From an uncultured Holophagales bacterium (lineage in GTDB: Bacteria; Acidobacteriota; Thermoanaerobaculia; Multivoradales; UBA5704), in assembly GCA_963842525.1 (NCBI GenBank), contig CAWJGT010000003.1, positions 128,001 through 192,000 of the forward strand: 64,000 nt of DNA. The letters are read 5' to 3'. The notes below the pieces were generated by a model. It was not told where the DNA came from. It was given only the letters and a program-made list of their open reading frames with translations, and searched no databases. The position numbers and the translations under genes were made by a program. How positions within the stretch are numbered: the first letter of the stretch is position 1; each line of letters begins with the position of its first letter. Below are positions 57,725 through 64,000 of this stretch, piece by piece.

Positions 57725-58116
57725 GCCCAGTCGTCGACGCGTCGCTCCTGGTCGCCGCCACGTCGGATCCGGGCGCAGAAGGAAGATGGGCCGAGGACGT
57801 GGTGCGTGCCGGTAACCTGGTCGCGCCCCATCTGGCTCTCGTCGAAGCTACGAATATCCTCCGACGGTTCGAGCTAGAGGGCCGGCTTGGCCGGATGGAA
57901 GCCGGTGCCGCTGCCCGTGATCTTCTTCTGTTCGACCTCGAGTTGATGCCCTTTACCCCATTCGCGGAGCGGGTCTGGGAATTGCGGGCCAACGTAACGA
58001 GCTACGACGCCTGGTACGTTGCGGTGGCCGAACAATGCGATCTCCCCCTGGCGACGCTCGACCGCCGTCTCGCCAAAGCCACCGGCCCTCGCTGCCGCTT
58101 CCTGCTGCCGCCCTAG
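57721..58116 (+). CDS. vapC: VapC family PIN toxin
   Basis: VVDAS, APHL..VE, SYDAWYVAVAE, LATLDRRL. Confidence 0.9.
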   Translation: MSPVVDASLLVAATSDPGAEGRWAEDVVRAGNLVAPHLALVEATNILRRFELEGRLGRMEAGAAARDLLLFDLELMPFTPFAERVWELRANVTSYDAWYVAVAEQCDLPLATLDRRLAKATGPRCRFLLPP

Positions 58117-58607
58117 CCGATATCCAGGACATACTTCCCGAGATCCCCGATGCGTTGCAACGTCTCGGGACGAATGCGCGAGGCCTGGTTGATCGCCGCT
58201 CGAGCCTCCCGTGGGATCAAGGCGCCCTGGATCGAACGCCGGGGCTGGGCTGACCGGTTGGCGCTATAGCCATGCCATACCGACCCATTGAAGATGATGA
58301 TTGATCCGGCTGGGCCACACGCGATGACCTGCCCCTCGTAGACATCGGTCGCATCCTTCATCGACTCGGCAGGCTCGTGGGACAGCAAATGCGAGCCAGG
58401 CACGAAACGCGTGGCGCCGTTCTCCTTGTGAAACTCGTCAACCATGAGGATGAAACCGACCAGCGGCCACCCATCGGCTTGATGCTTGACGTCCACGTGA
58501 AGCGCCTGTGCCGGCGCGCCCGGTTGCAGCGTCCTGGCGTGCATCGTGCTGAGCTTGAAAGGTCGACCAATGATCCGGCAACATGCAGCCAGCAGGCGAC
58601 CGTACAT
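58113..58607 (-). pseudogene. Phytanoyl-CoA dioxygenase (PhyH) family, N-truncated
   Basis: QALHVD, NGATRFVPGSH, GSVWHG; N-terminus replaced by an unrelated fragment. Confidence 0.7.
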
Positions 58608-58814
58608 GTGTGGTTCTCGCAGTCTTCACGAAGTGCACTCAAAAACTGATTGAACGATTTTTCGTCAGTGACCTTTTCGAGCAGCTCTCGCAGTTGGTCG
58701 GCCGGCATCGGGCTCCTCCCCGGGGATTCCGTTTCCGCAACAATACCGCAGATGGCCCTGAAGAAGGCCGGCGCGGTCACCGCGTGCCGTTGCGATGACC
58801 GCGCTACGGGTGCC

Positions 58815-58890
58815 GCTCAGCTCCAGGCCGAGCCCGCCACCTGCTGGTGCTGACGTTGAGGCGGTTCCAGACGTTGATGGTGGCAATCAG
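58815..58890 (-). pseudogene. C-terminal remnant of a carboxymuconolactone decarboxylase/AhpD-like protein
   Basis: LIATINVWNRLNVST, then a frameshift. Confidence 0.5.
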
Positions 58891-59297
58891 AGGCGGAATC
58901 GATAGACGACCGTACCGGAGTCCGACACGTCCATCTCGCTGAAGCTGCGGAGGTGGAGCCGCTGGAGTATTTCCTCGGCTTGCTCCAAGCTCATACCACA
59001 ATCGGCGGCCACGTCCACGGCGGTAACGATCCCCTGCCGCTCTCTTGCCACCCTCAGCACGGCGGCTTCCTTCGCCTCTCCTTTGCGTCTGGCAGCAGCT
59101 CTTCGGACGCGCCAGAAGAGGAACAAGCCGCCAGCCAAGGGGAAGACCCCGAACAAGAACGAGAGCAGCAGGTTGGTGGATGGGGAATACTCCGAAGTTC
59201 CCTCGAGGGTTCCGATGAGGATTCCTGCAAGGATCACGACGCCGAAAAGGCCGATGAGCAGGGCACCGGCAAGCAGCAGCCTCTCGCCGAATCTCAT
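58887..59297 (-). CDS. 2-TM protein with winged-helix-like C-terminus
   Basis: GGGAG RBS before MRFGERLLL; VTAVDVAADCGMSLEQAEEIL...GTVVYRF. Confidence 0.7.
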   Translation of the reverse strand: MRFGERLLLAGALLIGLFGVVILAGILIGTLEGTSEYSPSTNLLLSFLFGVFPLAGGLFLFWRVRRAAARRKGEAKEAAVLRVARERQGIVTAVDVAADCGMSLEQAEEILQRLHLRSFSEMDVSDSGTVVYRFRL

Positions 59298-59531
59298 AAG
59301 TCTCCCTTGGACCGTCCGGTCCTTTGGTCCTGCGCGGATTGTATCCGGCACCAGGCACTTCCGGGTAGAAGGTGCACCCAAGAATCCCCATGCACCTCTT
59401 CTGCCGCAGCGCGGCCATCCCGTCTCGCGCACCAGCGTGCGCAGGTAGGCCAAGGCGGCACCGAAAAGGGCTTAGACTACTAGACGCCCCGGCCGTGCGC
59501 CGCGCGGGCGGACACCGATGGAGCAAGACCT

Positions 59532-61211
59532 ATGACCGAACCTGCGCCGCTGATCCAGCCGACCCTCGCCACGCCGGTCGAGCAGATGTTCCCGACGTTG
59601 ACGCCGGCTCAGGTGGCGCGGATCGCGGCGCATGGACGTGTGCGGCCGATCCGGCCGGGCGAGGTGCTCGTCGAGGCGGGAGACCATGCGGTGCCGTTCT
59701 TCGTGGTCAAGACGGGCCGGATCGAGGTCGTCCAACCGTCCGCCGGCAGCGAGACGCTCGTCGCCGCTCATGGGCCGGGCCAGTTCACCGGCGAGGTCAA
59801 CATGCTGTCCGGCCGCCGCACGCTCGTGCGCTCGCGGGTGGCCGAGCCGGGCGAGGTCATCGAGCTGGACCGCGAATGCCTGCTGGAGCTCGTGCAGACC
59901 GACAGCGAGCTCGGCGAGGTCATCCTCCGGGCCTTCATCCTGCGCCGGGTGGAGCTGATCGCGCACGGCGTGAGCGATGTCGTTGTGGTCGGCTCGAATT
60001 TCTGCTCGGGAACGCTGCGCGTCCGCGAGTTCCTGACCCGCAACGGCCATCCGTATTCCTACGTCGACCTCGACCGCGACGCCGGTGTCCAGGAGCTGCT
60101 GGATCAATTTCACATCGGCGACGAAGATGTCCCCTTCCTGATCTGCCGCGGCGAGGTGGTGCTGCGGAATCCGACCAATCAGAAGATCGCCGACTGCCTC
60201 GGCTTCAACGAAGGGATCGACCAGAGCCATCTCCGCGACGTGGTTATCGTCGGCGCCGGCCCTTCGGGATTGGCTGCGGCGGTGTACGGCGCGTCGGAAG
60301 GGCTGGACGTCCTGGTGCTGGAGTCGAGCGCGCCGGGCGGCCAGGCGGGCGCGAGCTCGAAAATCGAGAACTATCTCGGTTTTCCAACCGGCATCTCGGG
60401 CCAGGATCTCGCCGGCCGCGCCTATACCCAGGCGCAGAAGTTCGGCGCGCAAGTGATGATCGCCAAGGGCGCCCAGCGGCTGGCGTGCGACCGTAAACCG
60501 TACGCCCTCGAGATCGACGGCGGCTCGCGCGTGCCGGCACGCACCGTCATCATTGCGACGGGCGCCGAATATCGCAGGCTGGCGCTGCCGAACCTCTCAC
60601 AATTCGAAGGCGCCGGCGTCTACTACGGCGCCACCTTCATGGAGGCGCAGCTCTGCGTGGGTGAAGAGGTGGTCGTGGTGGGGGGCGGAAACTCCGCCGG
60701 CCAGGCCGCGGTGTTCCTCGCCCGGACGGCCCGGCGCGTGCACATGCTCGTCCGCTCGGACGGGCTCGCGGACACCATGTCGCGCTATCTGATCCGGCGG
60801 ATCGAAGACAGCCCCGCGATCGCCTTACGGACCCGCACCGAGATCACGGCCCTCGAAGGGAACGGTCATCTCGAGCGCGTGCGCTGGCAGGACCACCAGA
60901 CGGGGGAGATCGAGACGCACGGCGTCCGCCACGTCTTCCTCATGACGGGCGCCGCTCCCAGCACGAGCTGGCTCGACGGTTGTATCAAGCTCGACGAGAA
61001 AGGCTTCATCAAGACCGGACCGGACCTGTCGCGGGAAGACCTGGCCGCCGCGGAGTGGCCGCTCGTTCGGGCACCTTATCTCCTCGAAACCAGCCTCCCC
61101 GGAGTCTTCGCGGTCGGCGACGTCCGGGGCGGCAGTATCAAACGTGTGGCGTCGGCCGTCGGCGAGGGATCGATCGCCGTCTCCTTCGTGCACCAGGTTC
61201 TTCACGAGTGA
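59532..61211 (+). CDS. cNMP-binding domain plus thioredoxin-reductase-like flavoprotein
   Basis: GQFTGE cNMP motif, GAGPSG, IENYLGFP, GGGNSA, AVGDV; CxxC replaced by GATF. Confidence 0.9.
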   Translation: MTEPAPLIQPTLATPVEQMFPTLTPAQVARIAAHGRVRPIRPGEVLVEAGDHAVPFFVVKTGRIEVVQPSAGSETLVAAHGPGQFTGEVNMLSGRRTLVRSRVAEPGEVIELDRECLLELVQTDSELGEVILRAFILRRVELIAHGVSDVVVVGSNFCSGTLRVREFLTRNGHPYSYVDLDRDAGVQELLDQFHIGDEDVPFLICRGEVVLRNPTNQKIADCLGFNEGIDQSHLRDVVIVGAGPSGLAAAVYGASEGLDVLVLESSAPGGQAGASSKIENYLGFPTGISGQDLAGRAYTQAQKFGAQVMIAKGAQRLACDRKPYALEIDGGSRVPARTVIIATGAEYRRLALPNLSQFEGAGVYYGATFMEAQLCVGEEVVVVGGGNSAGQAAVFLARTARRVHMLVRSDGLADTMSRYLIRRIEDSPAIALRTRTEITALEGNGHLERVRWQDHQTGEIETHGVRHVFLMTGAAPSTSWLDGCIKLDEKGFIKTGPDLSREDLAAAEWPLVRAPYLLETSLPGVFAVGDVRGGSIKRVASAVGEGSIAVSFVHQVLHE

Positions 61212-61227
61212 GGGAAAGGAGAGATCC

Positions 61228-61497
61228 ATGCCCGGCGAAACCTGTTCTCATCTCGATGCGATCAAGACCGTCACCCACGAGAAGCGCCACGAATGCGATG
61301 AGTGCGTGAAGATCGGCTCCCGCTGGGTCCATCTGCGGACCTGCCAGACCTGCGGCACGACGCTCTGCTGCGACAGCTCGCCGAACCGCCACGCCAGCAA
61401 GCACGCGCACGCGAGCGGGCATCCCGTGGTCGCCTCGGCAGAGCCCGGGGAGCGCTGGCTGTATTGCTATCGGGACGAGGCCTTCACGGAATATTGA
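61228..61497 (+). CDS. UBP-type zinc finger protein
   Basis: CSHL, CDEC, HLRTCQTCG..LCCDSS...HA..H. Confidence 0.9.
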   Translation: MPGETCSHLDAIKTVTHEKRHECDECVKIGSRWVHLRTCQTCGTTLCCDSSPNRHASKHAHASGHPVVASAEPGERWLYCYRDEAFTEY

Positions 61498-61586
61498 AGT
61501 TGGATCTACGGGAGGCCCGCAGCTGCAAGCGATCGTGCCGCAGAACCAGGCGGCTGTAGCGGTCATGCTTCGGGTGCCGGGGAGAG

Positions 61587-61695
61587 CCGCCCGGGCATGA
61601 ATGCCCGGGCTAGGAACAGCGCCGGGTAAACCCGGCTTCAAAGCCCCATTCATGGGGCGCCATTCCTAGCCCGGCGATTCATCGCCGGGCGGGGC
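61587..61695. repeat. REP-like palindrome pair (family 4)
   Basis: CCCGGGCATGAATGCCCGGG and GCCCGGCGATTCATCGCCGGGC between convergent genes. Confidence 0.65.
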
Positions 61696-61707
61696 TAAAA
61701 CACCCTT

Positions 61708-63141
61708 CTACATCCGGTGCCGCGTGGCCAGCTTCGTCAGGTCGATGAAGTCCGGGTCCGTGTGCAGGCTCGCGAACATGAAGTCGTCGCGGGCTTCCTG
61801 CATCTCCATGGCGCGCACGGCGTCGAACTGCTCGTACTGGTAGAAGTGCCGGCGCAGCAGCTCCATGGCCTTCTTGCGGTCTCCCACCTGGGCCCAGATG
61901 GCGGCGAGGTTGTAGCTTGCTTCGAGCACCTCTTCGTTGGCGCTCGCGATGCGGGCGGCCTCTTCTTTCTGTCCGGCGGCGGCCAGGTAGACGGCGGCGA
62001 AGATGCGGTTGTAGCGGTCGTCGGGATCGAGGGCCAGGGACTGGCGCATGTAGCCGGCCGCCTTGTCGGCCTGCTTCTCGGAGAACCAGTAGACGGCGAG
62101 GTTGCGGTAGGTGATCGGCAGCGGGTGCTCGGCGATCGACGTCTCGAAGAGGGCCAGCCCCTCGGCGAAGCGCCCGCCGTGGATGGTCATCTTGCCGAGG
62201 CCGTGCATGGCGACGGCCCGCGCGATCGGGTCCGCCGGCTGGGCGAGCACGCGCTCGAAGGCGGTCCGGGCCTTGCCCCAGTCGCCGGTCTGATGGCGGT
62301 AGACCTCGCCCAGGTAGCGCAGCGCCGTGGGGTCGGCGGGGTCGAGCCGGGCCGCCTTGGCGTAGAGCCGCTCGGCTTCGGAGTAGCGGCCGGCGAGCTC
62401 GGCGCGGAGCCCTTGGAGCAGGGTAGGCTCGACGGCGGCGATCCGTCCATGGACGTCGGGATCGGCGAGACCGTCCGGGCCGAGCCGCTGGAGCTCCGCC
62501 TCTTCAACGGTCACGCCAAGCTTGCGCAGGCTCTTGGCGGCCTTCTTGCCGAGGCTCGGGAAGAGGCAGCGCTGGTCCCAGACCTGCTGCAGGTCGGCGA
62601 TGGCAGCCTCGCGGTCGGCCGCAGCTTTCTTGTCGGCGGCCTTGAGGAGGGCTCCCAGGGTGGACTCGCGCTTGTCCATCTCCGCATTCAAGAGCTGCTC
62701 GACGGTGCGCGCCTCCAGCTTGCCCCCCTTGGAAGGCACGCGCCCGAGCTCCGTGCCGTCGGCGGCGGTGAGGATGGCGAGCGGTTCCTCGGCCGGGGCC
62801 TTGAAGCTCTCATGGAGCGCTTTGTTGTCGGTGGTCACGATGGCCATGGCCACGCAGCGCGCGCCGGCGAGCGACAGGGCGCGCGAGGTCTGGAGCGGCG
62901 AGGTCCGCGCTTCGTCGGGCGAGGTCGGGAACCAGTAGACGGTGAGCGGCGCCCTGGGCTGCTCGGCGCCGGGCGCGAGCACCTTCCAGGAGACGCGGTA
63001 GACGACCGGCTCGCTGCCGCCGACGTTGGGTACGACGCCGCCCGCTCCGCCTCCTCCACCGCCGCCGCAGGTGGCAGCGGCCGGCAGGGCCGGCAGCAGC
63101 AGGACGAGAACGAGCGCGAGACAGCGGAGACGGTTCTTCAT
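61708..63141 (-). CDS. Secreted TPR protein with thioredoxin-like N-terminal domain
   Basis: MKNRLRCLALVLVLLLP signal peptide, ATCGGGGGG, TPRs, YNLA. Confidence 0.8.
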   Translation of the reverse strand: MKNRLRCLALVLVLLLPALPAAATCGGGGGGGAGGVVPNVGGSEPVVYRVSWKVLAPGAEQPRAPLTVYWFPTSPDEARTSPLQTSRALSLAGARCVAMAIVTTDNKALHESFKAPAEEPLAILTAADGTELGRVPSKGGKLEARTVEQLLNAEMDKRESTLGALLKAADKKAAADREAAIADLQQVWDQRCLFPSLGKKAAKSLRKLGVTVEEAELQRLGPDGLADPDVHGRIAAVEPTLLQGLRAELAGRYSEAERLYAKAARLDPADPTALRYLGEVYRHQTGDWGKARTAFERVLAQPADPIARAVAMHGLGKMTIHGGRFAEGLALFETSIAEHPLPITYRNLAVYWFSEKQADKAAGYMRQSLALDPDDRYNRIFAAVYLAAAGQKEEAARIASANEEVLEASYNLAAIWAQVGDRKKAMELLRRHFYQYEQFDAVRAMEMQEARDDFMFASLHTDPDFIDLTKLATRHRM

Positions 63142-63195
63142 GGCGTCGAGCCCTCCGGGTCGGGAGTCCAGGGGACTATGATACGCCGAAGATCC

Positions 63196-63888
63196 ATGCG
63201 AGCTGCCCTTCCCAGGAGCGTCAAGACCGCCGAGACCGCGACCGGCCGCCGCGTCCCTCTCTGGCTCAAGCTGGCCTACACGGCCTGGGTCGCGGTCTGG
63301 GTGCCGGTCTACTGGTATTACAACGGCCCGGACAATTTCCTCTGGCTGTGTGACGTCGCGAACCTGATCGTGGCCGTGGCGCTCTGGCGGGAGAGCCGGC
63401 TGCTGTTCTCGTCCCAGGCCGTGGGGGTCCTGCTCGTGCAGGTGGTCTGGGCGGTGGACTTTCTCGGCCGCCTGTTCTTCGGTGTCCATCCGGTCGGCGG
63501 CACGGAGTACATGTTCAATGTCGCCGAGCCGCTCCTGCCGCGCCTGATGTCGCTCTTCCACCTGGTCATGCCGCCGCTGCTGCTCTGGGGCGTGAGGCGC
63601 CTGGGCTACGACCGCCGCGCCTGGCGCCTGGAGACTGCGCTCGTCTGGGTGCTGCTGCCGGTGACGTTTCTCCTCACCGGCCCGGATGTGAACATCAACT
63701 GGGTCTGGGGACCGTTCGGCAAGATCCAGCACGTGATGCCGCCGTGGCTTTACATGATCGTCAACATGGCGGCCTACCCGTTGCTCCTCTTCCTGCCCAC
63801 CCACCTCCTCCTGAGCCGCTGGCGGGTCCTCACCCCCGGCCCCTCTCCCGTCTCCCTTCCGTCCCCCGCCGGGAGAGGGGAGGAATAG
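63196..63888 (+). CDS. Integral membrane protein
   Basis: NFLWLCD, GGTEYMF, SLFH, NINW; last ~18 aa derive from a repeat. Confidence 0.8.
   Translation: MRAALPRSVKTAETATGRRVPLWLKLAYTAWVAVWVPVYWYYNGPDNFLWLCDVANLIVAVALWRESRLLFSSQAVGVLLVQVVWAVDFLGRLFFGVHPVGGTEYMFNVAEPLLPRLMSLFHLVMPPLLLWGVRRLGYDRRAWRLETALVWVLLPVTFLLTGPDVNINWVWGPFGKIQHVMPPWLYMIVNMAAYPLLLFLPTHLLLSRWRVLTPGPSPVSLPSPAGRGEE
63828..63881. repeat. PSP-type half element (family 1)
   Basis: CCTCACCCCCGGCCCCTCTCCC...GGGAGAGGGG. Confidence 0.7.
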
Positions 63889-63938
63889 AGCGGCTGCCGG
63901 AGGAGCGAGGCCCGTGCCCGGCAGCCGGTCTGGAGGGA

Positions 63939-64000
63939 TCAGTTGGTGGCGTAGACGGTCACGAGGAAGCTGCCGCCGTTGCTGCCGCTGGGATTGGCGA
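63939..64000 (-). CDS. 3' end of a gene running off the window
   Basis: ...NPSGSNGGSFLVTVYATN-stop. Confidence 0.45.
   Translation of the reverse strand, partial: ANPSGSNGGSFLVTVYATN

Noticed and set aside
1-64000. tRNA, rRNA, prophage or intact IS transposase
   Set aside because: No recognisable cloverleaf, rRNA signature, phage structural gene or DDE/HUH transposase was seen by eye.

Overview
High-GC (~68% by eye) bacterial window. Gene style (TPR/ECF/peptide modules, PSP-type palindromic repeats, lanthipeptide-like leader) suggests Acidobacteriota/Thermoanaerobaculia; this is inference. No rRNA, tRNA or CRISPR array was seen. Routine content: DUF885 protein, RRM protein, SLT transglycosylase, TerB, M23 peptidase, DUF5916, CheR-TPR, AmrB/AmrA, MacAB-type ABC exporter, USP, ECF sigma plus Ser/Thr kinase, VapBC, cNMP-TrxB plus UBP zinc finger. 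Main leads: (1) a ~125-bp promoter + attI-like module present twice, 51 kb apart and inverted, with no intact integrase; one copy heads an attC-punctuated array carrying a TIR-domain gene; (2) three unrelated tandem arrays of 12-14-bp palindromes at 19-21-bp period; (3) an uncharacterised isoprenoid-type cluster: FAD oxidoreductase, polyprenyl synthase and two multi-domain acetoacetate-decarboxylase-like proteins (5 domains, alternating Lys+/Lys-); (4) a secreted IDPxG-repeat peptide, a sigma-region-2-only protein and a TPR protein, next to an orphan lanthipeptide-like precursor; (5) a second GrpE-Hsp70-unknown-J(no HPD) operon; (6) an Rpn nuclease with an internal RBS/ATG. Several single-base frameshifts may be sequencing errors. 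All family names come from motif recognition, not database searches.
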